Made by a program: the position numbers and the translations under genes. A DNA stretch of 63,862 nucleotides, counting the filler, from Catajapyx aquilonaris (lineage: Eukaryota): NCBI GenBank assembly GCA_000934665.2. It is 3 parts of 3 records of this genome, joined end to end, with 100 filler letters (N's around TTAATTAATTAA, not from the genome) between each part and the next. Parts side by side here need not be neighbours in the genome. Positions count along the whole stretch, not along the records: positions 1 to 21,182 come from KZ539483.1; 2 more parts are not named here. One strand, given 5' to 3'. This document shows positions 1 to 13,554 of the stretch, in pieces (the stretch's first letter is position 1; each line of letters begins with the position of its first letter). The notes under the pieces were generated by a model, which was given only the letters and a program-made list of their open reading frames with translations, searched no databases and was not told the DNA's origin.

Positions 1-3000
1 GTAGAACGCGCACCCAGGCCTCTCTCGTGGCGGCCCAAAACCATCCACCCACCTACCTGCCTGCCTGCAACCTGTGCCACCATTGCAGCAACTGCCCGGG
101 TCAAATTCCGAGTTTATCTCGGGGGGTCATTCAAACCCGGTTTCCAAGCAGGTGTACGTGATGTGCTGTCGGTTGCATTTGCCTTCTGCTGCATAGAGGA
201 ATGTTGGCAAACTCTGTGATTGGGTTGTTTCATGTAGGGGAGGGAGGGGGGTTGGGAGGAGGAGAGGACAAGTCAGTATGTCTCCTAGGTAGGTGTTGCA
301 AATAAGGGGGTATGCATAAGCAGCCATGCGACATTAGAGAAAGTTTTGAGCGCGCAGCATTCCTGCTCGCAAAAGTGTAACTGCCGTCTAACAGCACAAG
401 TTTGGTCGAGGTGACGCTATTTTCACTCGACTTCCGAAATATGACATTATTAAGAGCGATATACACGTCAGTCGATAATGCTTCCATGTTTCGTAGGCTA
501 TCATTTTAGGTAGAGGTAACAAAGTGACACAAGATACACAAATACCGTAATGTGCTAGGCTTAAATGAGTGTATCTTGTTGTAATAGGGTACCGGTAATC
601 AGATTGGTTCGAGGCTGTCTAATTCAAAGTCATCTGGCCTACCTGTTGTGCATGCAATTCTTGTGATAAACTTGCGATAAATACCCAGTAGTTGCAGATA
701 ACACCCAACAGAAACGCGTGATAGGAGTGATGGGTAAATAAAGAACGAGAGACCTGCATATTTGTTGTCCGGGAAAGGTCGAACAGGTGTAGTGATTTAT
801 GTGCTTATTACATGGAGTCTTACTGTGTCAGAGGAATTATTTGTGGCCGCTAATGAACTCTCGCGTTGTAATGAGCTACAGTGCATTCAGACAGAATAAT
901 ACACCATAAACCTTTCATTGTTGTTGCATTGTTGATATTGTTGTCAGTCGTTGTTGTTCATTGTGATGCCAGTGCAGTACTATTCTCCAGCTGACTGCAC
1001 TTCGGTATTTCAAGGTGCACATAACGGGGTCAAAGAGTTCGACTTAATTTGGAAGCCAGCATTAGCTGCACTGTGTCATTATTGGATCTATCAGGCAACG
1101 GTACTGAATAACTGCAGTAATGGGCACTTTCAGGATTGAAAAAGACTCTGCAACACCTCGGAAGGGCGTTGTATTCGATGAAAACTTAATTGGACTATAA
1201 CACATTCCGTTTACCGCTGTTGCGAAACTTGGGCAGACATGGAGAGCATTATATGCCGCGGTGGACATACCATTGATACCGGACACGAATTCGTGTGGAA
1301 CCTTCAAAAAGGCGCCGCTCATTAAGCAAGCCAACTTACGGCTTTTAGGGTCCTATTTTGGCCATCTCACACCCGTGTAACACATGACACAATTTCCCAA
1401 TCACCTTGCAAATTGCGCAACAAGGGAGTACATTCACCTCGTGTAGTGTCAGAGTATAAAAAACTGTGCGGAAAACTGCACGCCTGGTATGATTTTTAAA
1501 TTGAAGCGAATATGGAAGTACGCCTCGAGGTTTGTCCGCGAGCAAAATTTGGCCGAGTGAGCAGAATTCCCCGATAGCTTACATTCAGTGGAACTGTTCC
1601 TTTTTTTGTAACGATCGCGTAATGATTACGGAATATGAATAACGGAACCGAATATCGTCGAGTACTTCCGCTTTCACATTAGTGCCAGAGAACTATGAAA
1701 GAACGAATCGTGTTGAAGACGAGGACCTACACGAGTCTGCAGTAGACTGTATAAGTTGCTGTGCTAATGGACTGTTGATTCACGAGTTCCATCACGCCCA
1801 TAAAACGCGTGTAATTTTGGCTTCTGCCTCGGGGATTGTTGAGGGGCGCCGTCTCCGATTTCAGTACGGAATACCAATGCGAACAAATAGTCACTACGCT
1901 AAATGTGAATGATACTAAGTCCAGGATTGGCTGGCGAATTTAAGACAGGAAGGGGCCAAAGAGTGCATGAACTTTGAGCACAAGTTACAGTACTAAAAAC
2001 ACAAATTGCGTAACTTGTACGGCCGCCTTCATATGTCAGCTAGTTCCGGTTGTGTTGAGAAACGGCTGGTGGCAGGGATTCTCTCGAGCATCTGGGAACA
2101 CTTAAAACTATGTGGTTTGTTGTTTACCCCATGGGGCTGTGTATAGGTTATGGTCGCGTGCCACCCCATGTCAGAGTTCATTTGTACACGTCATAGATAT
2201 GAAGCGTGTTAATTATGCTACGGTGCAATCTGTTGCAAGAGTGCAGTGGGTGTCCCGGGGTGGGTGCTGGGATCGAACTCGGCGCCGTTTCTATTCATTG
2301 GTTCCCAACCACTGCGCCAGCTGGCCTTCCCTGCTGCTGCACAACAACCAAAGCCGGTGGAAGTGCTCTCCATCGATTGCACGGCTATAGCTTGCCCGCA
2401 CGCCCTATAAAACGGCGACGCAAATGATTTCCTCAATATTTATCGTGTACATGTGGGGGACTGGAACACTAGACGGTGTATTTTTGGACGTGGACGTGAC
2501 GATTCTGCAAAATAGGCCTGGTTGGGAGTCCGTCTGAATGCAGTTGATCCGTTTTGCAGTCAGGCCCAGAGGAAGGAAACTAGCTGCAGCGTGCAGCCGG
2601 CTATAGGTACAGGCCGTTGGTGTGTCGTTCAATTCCATATCCGACAGTCGTCCTTGGCTGCAGCACCGCACCCCCGGCCCGGCCATTACTGCGACCCAGG
2701 GAAAAGCCGCCGTGTAATCTCTCCTTCCCCCTCCCTTATATACTGTATGGCGATATATATGTATTTTTCGCCTCTCTTCTGAGCCATGTAGAGGAGGCTG
2801 TATGTATACGTGGTACAGTGTGCAGATGGAGGGGAGGAGGAGGAGGAAGAGGAGGAATGGCAGGTTGCCATATTGATCAGGGCGGGCATGAAGGGGACTT
2901 GGCTGCCAAGCCAGCCTGGTTGGGGATTGCAGGAGGGTAGCTGGGGCTGCCTGCATAGGCTGATAGTTGGGCTAGGTGGGGGTAGTGGTTGCATAGGAAA

Positions 3001-6000
3001 AAATACTGGCACCCCACTATTATTTTGTACGGACCGCCGGGTGTCTGAGAGTACCTCTGGCGGTGACAAGGCGGACGTCCGCACATGTTGAATTGGGAGA
3101 GCGGGAATCAATTAGCGCTTGTATTGGCGCGATTTATTCTCAACTCTGGCCTACGGGGGATAGGTAATGTGGGGCATGCATGCAAAGGTCCGCTTATTGA
3201 CAAGAGGGCTGTCTGCCTGAGGGAAGCCTATATACGAAAGCGGGAAATGCGCAGACACATCAACAACCTCGTCAACTGGAATGTAATTTTCACTTGGCGG
3301 CTCGATTCGCTGATTCCGCGACGATTGCTGGGCGAATCCCGGGTCAAGGTATATGTGTATAGGCCTATATATTTTTTGCGGAGCACGGGAAAGTGGATAT
3401 CGACACGTCTGCTGGTAGAGGAAATTGCGATTTAAATTAATGAAAGGTGACGGAGTCGACGAGCATGTGTGTGTGTATATATATTTTTTGTCAGTAGGGT
3501 AAAGTTGGGAAGTCAAAGGGACGCCGGTTGGCAAATATGACGAGCAACATTTCCAAATGCAAATATTTTCCCACGGGTCGAATTTAGCATCTCTCGGAGG
3601 TCGACGTGCATGGCCGTGTCTGATTTTTTTTTTTTTCGAGTGAAGGTCGGAACCTCGGCGGTATACGTGACGGGGTTACGGTGGTAGTACGGGCGCGTAT
3701 CGGATCCGGGGGTAGGAGGGGACACTCCGGAGGTAGCTTGACGACAGCCTGGCTTTTGTAAAAAAATAAAATGTAAAGCTGCTCGGCTGCACTGCAAGAG
3801 CAGGGGGAAAAAACTGGGCGCGGTCACTTGCAAATGACCTCTTTTTAGAGGGAGCTGGACGTATGAATGGGGTTGGCTGAAGATGTCTTATCAAGTTACA
3901 GGCTTTTAGAGGTAGTTTTGCCCGTGGCTTTGGGTATGCATAACANGTGGTGGTGGAGGGGGCGTAGGCGGGGGGAGGGGGAGAGCTGGGGCGTAGAGGG
4001 TGGGGGGCGCTTGGATTGTTCCCTTCCTCCGAAGCGAACCGGAGAGACAGGCAGGGAAGGGAGGAGGCCCAAGGGGTGCTTTGCTTGAGGTTAGCAGCGC
4101 GGATGGCTGGCCAAAAGCTTATCAGCTTTCGGGAGCGTTTCCTGGAGCGCTGCTGGCCCATTTACGGTCCGGCAATCATGATTTGGGCCGGAATCTGAGA
4201 TGTACGCACTTTATGTAGGTTAACAAGCGGCCTGGGCAGTGAATGTGTTGCTAAAAAAAGAGAGGCGATATGCCTGTGTGGACCATACGTCTTGAACCCC
4301 AGTGGGCCCCAGTATGTGGCGGTCAGGCGATTGTTGTGTGTGAGAATGTCGGAAGCGGGAGTTGGGAAACGGGGCGAGAAGGCAGGCAGCGCAGTGACCT
4401 ACATGGCTGCTGATGTCGGGCTCCAGGGCGGACGAACGAGGGGGTTACGTAATGAAATGTATTGGAAGGGCCGGGGTAGAAGTTGGGAGGGGGGGGGGAC
4501 TGGGGGAGGGGGACTTCACTCACCCTATATATACCCCTCCCCCCACGACTCGCTCCACTCCACATTCACCAATTTATTACATGTAGCGACCAGGAGGTGC
4601 AAGGTGGACGCCTGCGCGGCCTTCAGGGGGCGGGGGATTGGGGGCGCTNNNNNNNNNNNNNNNNNGGGGGGGGGGGGGGGGGGGGGGAGCGGTACAGACT
4701 GTTGGTGGTATAAATTCTAGTTGCAGATCCTGAACCTGGCAGTACAGCAGATGCTGCAGGCTTTCGTTTGCACGTAGATTACATGCGTTTCACAGGTGAG
4801 GATAGATTGCCTGGATACTGCATATGCGATACTGCTTATTAGTCCATTTTCAAGTTAGGGATCTGGAGCATTGAGCAGAGGTGATATCATAGACAGGACA
4901 GTAATACAGTGTATGTGGACCATTTGTATGAGGGAGCGCAATTGGCACGAGAGAGCGACACCTTTTGATGTAGTGCCGACTCGACATGAATGCAAATTTG
5001 GGGAAAAGCTCGCGTTTTGTGGGAGCAAGGTCTTGCACGAACAACTTTTGCATAAACACGAGTTCAATAAAATATTGCATTAACGTTTCTGTTGTTTGTT
5101 TTTCTCACATTTCTCGATATACCTGACATTTCTTCTCAGAACTCCGTCTATGGATTTAGTTTTTTAATTTTTTTTTGCGCATCAGCATGGATTGTCAATA
5201 AGAGCCCCACAAGTGTATTCTACGCTGGCACATTTGGAAATGCATCTGGGCGGAACCGCTCTGAAGATGAGCACAACAGACGAGTTGTCTGGGAAAGGCG
5301 GTCACTGCCAGTGGGCTCGGTTGGAGCCAAGATTGTACCTGGGGGGATACAAAAGTGGTGTTGGGGAAATTGTATAGGATAGGTCACGTGTCTGACGTAA
5401 GGCCGAAGAGAATGGCGAATATGGTTCCGAAAGTACCCGTGGGAAATGTGCAGAGCTAGAATGAGTTATTCGGCGTTGCCCTGGTACACAATAGCAATTG
5501 CATCCTCACTCTCCACTCATCTCCACTCCCTTTACCACCCCCTCCTATTAATTTTGTTTAGATTGACCACATTTCCTTGAATATTTTCATCCAACTCTGC
5601 TTCCAACCTCCTCCTTGCTAGGTAATGCTGGGCAAAGATTCAAACACAGGAAACGAAACTTTCCTCCTTAGTTTCTAGGTAACTAAACAAATAAGGATTC
5701 CCAAGACGAGTGCGAAAAAGGATTTGGTCCCCCACAGGCCTCCTTAATATCGATATAATTGGCCCCTGGTCAAGTGCAAAGTTTTGCATTAGTAACTTCC
5801 AAAGTTGTGCAAAGTTTTGCATTACTAGTAGTAACTTCCAAAGTTATGGATTTGAACCTTTAACAAACACACACGGTATGACTCCGTGAAATGTGATAAT
5901 TTGGGAAATGCGTGATATTTAAATGCCCGGTTTTCACACTGATTTTTCATTGAGTTGATTCAACCGGCCCATTAGAGCGCTTGCTGTCGAGTTAATTAAA

Positions 6001-8252
6001 CTCTTGATCCTCCACCCCACTCCCACCCACCCCAACAGGATGTGCCAGCAATGGGGAATAGAAATTTTTCCGGCAGTGTGAAGTTTCACGCTAAGCATGT
6101 TTACCGTAACCCTCATAACCTGCAATTATGCGACAGGTCGGCGGTGCCATTTCTTAAGAACCGAGCAGTTTCCAACTATTCGACTTCCGACATTATGTAA
6201 CGACAGTGGAGTTAGCATGAGTAAGCAACAACAACACTGATTTAGCCAAGTGTAATTATAATATGGGAATTTAGTTGGGAGGGGCCTTACGCGAACAAAA
6301 ATTTGTGTTGGTAGAGAAACCGGAATTATTTTGTTAGGATTACTCGCGTAAGGAACGAGGGCGGGCGGCGGGGAATGCTAAGAGGAGACTTGGAAAGAAA
6401 ATGTTGTTTGCTGGATTACTGCTTCCTTCCAAAGTTTATTGTGTGAGAAACGGACCTAACCCCGAGGAACCGCGTGGAATGCATCCGCTGGGTGCAGAGA
6501 ATGGGATGCATAAACACTCGAGAAAGGAGACACTTATCGGAGTTTTTCTTCTGGTATTAGAGAATGCTTGACACATACTTTTTTTTTTTTTTTTTTTTGG
6601 TTGAGATTCGTTCAATGTGCGATCTGGGCCACCCTCGGGGCCACCCGTATAGGTTGTGCAGTACATTTTCAAGTCTTGGGAAGTCATGTTATACGTTCGG
6701 TTATCGACTCAATCCGTGAGACCAGTATAAATTGCAGGATGGATCGCCGCGTTCCAGTAGTGAGTGGAGCTTACCTAAGTTTGCTGGATAATCGAAACCT
6801 GACCTATAATACGTGCAGTTCGACACTTCCTGTTGGGCCGAAGATATAATCAAAGCTTCCGGGATGCTCGGGGTGGCAGTGGAGCAAGAAAAGACGCTTA
6901 TGGATCTAGACGTTTTTTTCTTCTTCTTTCGCACGTTAATGGGGAGACACAACAGCGGTCGTTACAAGATTACAGTACGAATCCCAAGGTGAGCATACAG
7001 ACAGGTTGTCTCGCCGCCGACGGCTGTTCAGGCGGTGCCTTACAGACCGTGAGAAAAGGAAAGGAAAATAATATCTGCCATATGGGAAATTGGTGTCTGC
7101 GGGAGGTGCATTTATTGAGGCCCCGTGCAGGTGGTACGTAGACAATTAAAAGGGCTCGACTGCAAGCATATCGACACGCCCGCCTGTTTTCAGGTTCAAC
7201 TAGGGCGCAAGATAATCAAAGGACTATAATGGGCCATGACAAGCGGCACTTCTAACTAGGAGTTTGCATAATAGCTGGGACTTTAGTGCATGTGTATTTG
7301 ACATTTTCAGGGAAGTTGAGGGGTGCCTGAGTAAGCAGTGCGACGCGAACAACCCGAATGCGAGCACGAACCTCTTCGTGTGGCTGATAGGTCACTCTGG
7401 AAGTTGGTAAATGTCAGGTGCGGGATGGCGTTATGATGGGTGAAGTTAGTTGCTCCCGTGGCCCGTGCGTAGCGGGAAATTGTCGACTGGGGAAGGTTTG
7501 GTTCCAGGGCAGAGCTTTGAATATGTTGAGTCGCATCATACTGAAACCAGTTCGTCACTGAAAATTTTGGCGGAAGTAGGCAGGTTTCGATACGGAAGTC
7601 TGCTCACTGTATGTTCAGTAGTGGGGTTCCGTGAGGTACTCGTTAATAGGTTGCATTGATTCGTGTGCCCTCCTCATGACCGGGACTGTACGACACAAGC
7701 TGCTGCTTCTTTCTTGCCAACGTGCAGCCGGGACGCAAACTCAGCGCTCAATAGGTCCCCCCAGCAACATCCGCGAGGGCGCTCGTTTACAAAGTACAGG
7801 CCCTAGTTCGGAGTAATGTTGGACTACTCTGGTTGCTGGTTGGTGACAGGATGCATGTAGATGACGTGAAGTAGGCGGATTAATAAAAAAAAAGAAGACA
7901 TGAAGTTTTGGTTTATGAGTGATGCCTCGTATAAGGTGCGAGGCCAGTAGCGCCGCACCCCGGCGCTTCTGCGAAGTGGGAAAGCCCATTCCGACTGGAG
8001 ATGCACTCGAGATTTGGTGGTGTTGGTTGGGTGGGTGGGTGGGTTGGAATCCGGAGTGGGGGTTGGGAGCGCGGAATGGAACGGCCCGGCCTGGGAGCAG
8101 GGGGAGGGTGGCTGGCTGGCTGGCTGGCGGGAGGGATGTGGGGCCTAGGGTGGGGGAGCGATTCCCTCAGCACATCCCCCAACCCCTGCTCACCCTCCTC
8201 CCGATCCTGCTCTCTCTACTAGTCGGGAGGGAGCTCGCTTTTATTAGTCGGG

Positions 8253-8445
8253 TATCGATACGGTGGTGTGTGTATCGATGCGTGTCTGCAGGTCACATGC
8301 CCGGAGTTGGGAGTGTTGTTGATGGGTGGTTTTTTCTCAGGAAGGTCAGCCTTGGTCGTTGGGTAGTAGTAAATTGGCACGAGAGATCCCAGTGTGTATG
8401 TGGGTTTTTTGGTGGCTGGTATGTTGCAGCAGCAGCGTATCGATA
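8253..8445 (+). promoter_or_regulatory. Cluster of DRE (DREF-type TATCGATA) motifs; candidate housekeeping-type promoter of gawky
   Basis: TATCGATA at 8253 and 8438, TATCGATG at 8273. The cluster lies at the CpG-rich/CpG-poor boundary about 1.3 kb upstream of the first supported exon. A possible donor GG|gtaagc sits at 8566/8567. Confidence 0.4.
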
Positions 8446-9744
8446 CGGCCGTGGGCAGCAGCAGCGGGGAGTTCAGGGAGGAAGCCAGATTAGGGGTAGA
8501 TTGGAGGGAGGAAGGAAGCTTGTAGTGTGTGGTGCGGATTGGGGGAGCAAAAAGTCTCAGGTCTGGGTAAGCAGTTTTTGAGCATACAAGCGCGGCAGTT
8601 GTTACGTATGCAGGAGGTGGCAGTGTCTGGAGGGGAGGGGAGGGGAGGGGAGGGGGGGGGGCTTCTTGGGCAGGCTGTCATGTTCCCCCGTTCGGAGGCC
8701 CGAACCAGCCAGGTTGACCTCTCCTGTTGCATATCTTCATGCCTGGGAGGGGGGGGGGGGGTGATAAAAAAGATGCATCCAACGGGCACTGCCACCTAGG
8801 TATTCTTCTCCTCCAATCTCCTCCTTCCTTCTGCTGCCCTTCCTCTGGTTTCCAAGGGATGGTGCAGACTGCCTGACTCCCACCTGGGAGGTTTTTTTTA
8901 AAAAAACCCTTCCCTTTTTTTCTTTCGCACATTTTTGCCCCATTTCAGTTCAAGGAATGGACCTGCCCATATTGTGTGTAATCAAGAGTGGTTTTGCAAA
9001 CTGGCGTGTAGTTCAGCTAGTGTTTTGGTGGATTAACAATCTAGTGACAGTGGGTATTCAGAAGGTTGATGTACAGTACAAGTGGAAAGGTTTACAAGTG
9101 ACTGTTTACTTATAATTATTATCATGTGAGATTTTATCATGGTATGTCATGCTAATTTTTTACTCCAATGGCAGTTTACTTATGAGAGGGTAGATAGGAA
9201 ACACATGTTATAGGACACATAGGAAGATATGATTATAGGGGTGTAATTCCAGGGTAATTTAATTCGGTCATTATTGTGGAGTGGCAACAAAATCAGTATT
9301 GTAATTTGTCATAAGAATAAATAGATGCACGGCATAATCAGTGAGGAACTGAGGCTAAGTACCATCAAATTTTAAATTACAGCATGTCTAATAAATGTTT
9401 TTTATTTTCATTATGCCCTTACAGTATTATTGCCATTTGTAGTACAAGTAGGAACAAGTAGAACCAAACATTCTGAACACCCAGGTAGAATATTGAAAAG
9501 TTACCTAATCAAAAATTTGACAGTTGTGGAATTCGTATTTTTTGTTGGAGATATTTATTGTGAAGTTGGGCACATGGCATCATGATGACCTACTGCAATT
9601 TAACAATCTGTGCATCTTTGCAGGCATCTGCCAGCATGGATCATAATGCCCAATGCTAACTTAGTCGTTAAGGTGAGCAAGACAGCTGGATTAGCAACCA
9701 TATAACTGACCCAGAGTCCCACAAATTTGTTTTTCCTCTTGCAG

Positions 9745-9854
9745 GTATTGGTTTCTATGCATTGCCTGCCAAAGAACAAGTGAGCCCAATGTTTCCACAC
9801 AAGACTAGTTCAGAAGCTAACTCAAAACCAGATGCCTTTATCTATCCTGTGGAG
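9745..9854 (+). CDS. gw: GW182/gawky putative first coding exon (candidate ATG at 9789: MFPHKTSSEANSKPDAFIYPVE)
   Basis: Strong acceptor ttttcctcttgcag| and donor GAG|gtaagt. Phase 0 exit matches the next exon across a 59-nt intron. Confidence 0.6.
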
Positions 9855-9913
9855 GTAAGTGGAATGATAGTGCATCTTGCAGAACCATGGGTTTAAAACT
9901 TGATATATTCTAG

Positions 9914-10144
9914 GGTGATTCCGAACAAAAGCATCATGTGCCAGAAAGCCTTGGCGACGGATCGAGAGATGCGCGCCTTGTCAGGGGTCTGTTGAGTGGC
10001 CCAGAGGAGGAGGAGGAGGGAGAGGAAGAAGAGGGGCATGCGATGAAAGTAGGAGCAAGAGAGGAAGCGAAGGAGGAGCAGGAACCAGAGCGGGCTCCCT
10101 ACTTGGATCCCATGTTTCCTACTGACCAAGTGCCTGTTTCCACG
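9914..10144 (+). CDS. gw: GW182/gawky N-terminal exon (acidic, E-rich)
   Basis: Acceptor tattctag|GGT and donor ACG|gtgggt. Open 77-codon frame, phase 0/0. Confidence 0.55.
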
Positions 10145-10375
10145 GTGGGTTTCACTGTCAGTTTTCTTGCATTGCTGCGGAGGGTGGGGGGTGTGAGGTT
10201 ATAAAGCCTCATGAATTAATTAATTAGGTTGGCTAATATTATGCCTTATAATGTGTACATGTAAGGTCATTTTGAATACTGAACCTGGATCATGGGGATG
10301 ACCTAAAGAAACGTTGAATTCACATTGAATGACTGTTTATTTTTAAATTGATAATGCTGTCTTTATGAAATGCAG

Positions 10376-10703
10376 GACATGGTGCACATTGAGGCAGAGA
10401 GGTGGCGGGCACCTGAATCATCAGCAGCTGAGGCAGATTCCAAAGAGAGGGACAAAAAGTACCAGAGCTTGGGAGGAGAGGAGTTGGCTTCTTCTTCATT
10501 TCCTTTGTCGTCTTCTTCCTCGCCCTTGCCAAGCTCCTCCTCCTCACCCCTCCACTGCACTACTCTATTGTTGCCATGCTCAGCAGCAATGCCATCCTCA
10601 GCAGCGCCAGTGTTCCTACCACCACAATCACCGTCAGGAATGCCATTGTGTGTGAATTTGGAGGCAGCTACTTCTCTCGGGGGCCCCTACACGGCTTCTG
10701 CAG
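10376..10703 (+). CDS. gw: GW182/gawky N-terminal exon (S/P-rich)
   Basis: Acceptor aaatgcag|GAC and donor GCAG|gtgaag. Phase 0 in, phase 1 out, matching 12497. Confidence 0.6.
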
Positions 10704-11385
10704 GTGAAGCACCATATGTATAAATCTCTTCGTCATAGTAATTAGGATGGAATGAGGTAGATAATCTAATTGGAAACACATGGAAGTACAGGTGTGCCTT
10801 GATGATTTGTTCCGAAAGGGACTGAAAAACTACACGTATAAGTGAAAATTGGGACAGTAGGAAAGTCAGACATTTCGCCCCCCCCCCCCCCCCCCNNNNN
10901 NCCCCCCCCCGGGGGGGGGGGGGAGCAACAAATCGTTAATAAATTTTAAAGAGCCGAAGGAAGCAATTGTACAGTACTATGTATGAAGTTCTTATTTCTG
11001 AAGTTATTACAGAAATGGCAGGTGACACCTAGTTCTTAAAGTGGCAGCTGTTCACACCTAATTTATATTAATGAAAATGATTATGCCTTACTGGTTGCCC
11101 ATTGGAACACCGCATATGAAGGAATGTCAGTTTACAACCAATATTGTGCAATAAGTTTGTGTAAATAAATTTTTGGAGTAAGTTTTAGTATGCAATTTGA
11201 AGCTTGAAATATACGATGTTTTGGGAAATTGCAATTGGAGTGAAATTTGATAATGGACCCTTAACACATTCATTTCAAATTGGCAACAAAGCCGCAACAT
11301 TGTGGCAATTTTTAACTTGGACTCAGAAATGTTTTCCTACTCTGGTATTCACACGTCTTATGTTAGTTATCAATTATGTACAGTA

Positions 11386-12298
11386 GGGGAGAGCAAAGCA
11401 CAGTTGTCCACAGGGCACAGTGGTCCTTTCTATTTTAATATTATAAGAAACTGGAATAATGTCTTCATCTGGTAACTCATGAAACAAGTCACTATTGTGT
11501 ATCCTGCCAACATGACAACCACCTGTGAGATGCCTGTGATCTTGCTGTATCAAAGGAAAACTACTGGAGGGGTTGGTGATGTTACTTCTAACCCACAGTT
11601 GTTTAAATGTCATGCCAGGCGTAGATGCTAAGCATGATCCTGAGGTAAAAATGTTGTTGAATAGTGTTATCCTTTGTCTGTAAGTGATAGAAATTTGGAA
11701 AGTGTAATTTGCTATGGAAGCTCCGATTCATAACATCATGTCAGTTGCTGCCCTCTGGGGCACAGTGGTCCATGGACCAGTGTGCACCCCTTCGTGGAGT
11801 ACCGTTCCCCCCTTTTATGTCTGTACAGGAATTAATGTCATCATAGGTTCACATGCTAATGGTTTTAACAGACACCAGCATGAAATAAAGTTTATGCACT
11901 GACGGATGTGGTAGGACAAGATCTATATTCCGGAGAGAAATGGTGTTTCACTTATGTCCACAGGTTTCAGTAACAGAAGTCCCTTTTTATTAATTCCTGT
12001 TTATTTAGAGGGGTTAGATGTACAATAAAAAATAAAAAATATTTCTTGTGTGAATTTGGGGTCCCAATCACTTCTGAACCACTGTGCCCCAGGCATCGGG
12101 GTACAGTGGTCCATTTGCATAGGGCAGCTTCTAAAAAATTTTAAGCCAAAGGGATGGAATTGCCTGTGAATATGTTAGTCACTTCTATTACCAATGAGTA
12201 CCTCCACCATGCCGGAAGATATTGGGTATGTAGGTATAACAGGAACTCTGCTAAAAATTCAAATGTGCAAAAGTGGACCACGGTGCCCCCGTTTCTCC
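11386..12298. mobile_element. Degenerate TA-flanked MITE with internal GGCACAGTGGTCC repeats
   Basis: TA|GGGGAGAG...CACAGTTGTCCA versus TGGACCACGGTG...TTTCTCC|TA. The motif repeats in both orientations at about 11415, 11759, 11774, 12077 and 12100. Confidence 0.6.
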
Positions 12299-12496
12299 TA
12301 TTTAGCAAGCCTTATAAGCAAAACAGGCAACCTGCAGCTTCTTGATTTCCATTGTTACTACCCTTTCAAGACATTTAAATGTCCCACTAGAAGTGTTCAT
12401 GAAACCATCATGAAGTGTGGACCACTCTATATGGTGCAATGCCTAATATTGTTTATGACATCTAATGGAGTGTTCTATGGTTATTTTTGTTTCTAG

Positions 12497-12864
12497 GCCC
12501 ATTGCGTTCACTTGGGCAGGCAGAGGCTGTCAAGGGCTCTGTGAGCAAAGAGGTGGACCAGGAAGATAGGAGTGGTGGTGGTGGGGGAAGGGTGGGCCAT
12601 AGTTGCCCCCACTTCTCTGGCCTTGAGTGCCACTTCTGCCACCTGGGTAACCGCTGCAACCAGCAGCAGCAACACAAACAACCACAACAATCCAGTGGCC
12701 CCCCGGGGGCTGGGGGTGGGGGCAGAGCTGACCCACCTCCCTGCCTCCCTCGGGACGGCTCTTTTCTTGCGTCTGTGATATCCAGCTCAAACACCTGTGA
12801 CCGCACCTTGGCTCTGAACCCTCCGTCCTCCAGTAAGAGTGGGAGCAACCTCGGTGCACTACAG
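12497..12864 (+). CDS. gw: GW182/gawky N-terminal exon (Cys/His cluster, Q/G-rich)
   Basis: Acceptor tttttgtttctag| (phase 1) and donor CAG|gtatga (phase 0). Frame is open throughout. Confidence 0.65.
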
Positions 12865-13554
12865 GTATGAGCAATCCCAGTGGTCAGTTTGTCATTCCCC
12901 AGTGAGTTTGTGTGTTTACAAATTTAGCTCCACTCCATGTTGGTCAAATTGTTGTGGTTGTCAAGTTGTTATTCCAGTGCTCCACATACCCACCAAGTCG
13001 AGCACCAAGTATGACCCCTAAGGAGAAGCAAAGGCCTGCTTACAACACAACTCCCTTTCCCCCCTTATCTCTCACCCCCAGGCCACCAACCACAATCATG
13101 TACTACGGGACGCATAAAGAATGTCCGGGGAGATTCTTCGTTCAGCCTGGCGGAGGCAAACCATTGCACAGGTGTGTACACACACACTTGTGTGTACGTC
13201 CATGCTTATCTGCCGAGTTTTTTCCCTCCTCCCTTAGCTACCCAGGTGCAATGGGTTGCCTCCACAAGGCTGAACGAAGAATCTCCCCGGACATTCTTTA
13301 TGCGTCCGATAGTACACACGTCTTATCCACCAACATGGGTTTGATCTAAATTCTTAAACACACAACATAGAGGCAATTAAAGGCGTTCTAGACGGAAGCT
13401 TAAAATATGCTTGGTCATCAACAAATAAAATGTTTCATTGTTAGTTGGGTCTCTGTGTTCGGTGACTTTTTGTTGTTGTAAAAAAAAATTTGAAGTTGAG
13501 ATTTGCAAGGTGAAGCTTGATTGTCATTGACTATAACTAAATTGTTATTGACAG

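Noticed and set aside
7919..8581. 220-aa ORF containing GW dipeptides
   Set aside because: It arises from G-rich promoter-region sequence. There are no GW182 motifs and no convincing splice link.
12912..13349. 145-aa intronic ORF as an additional gawky exon
   Set aside because: Splice sites are weak, and exons 12864 and 13555 already join in phase. It cannot be excluded as an alternative exon.
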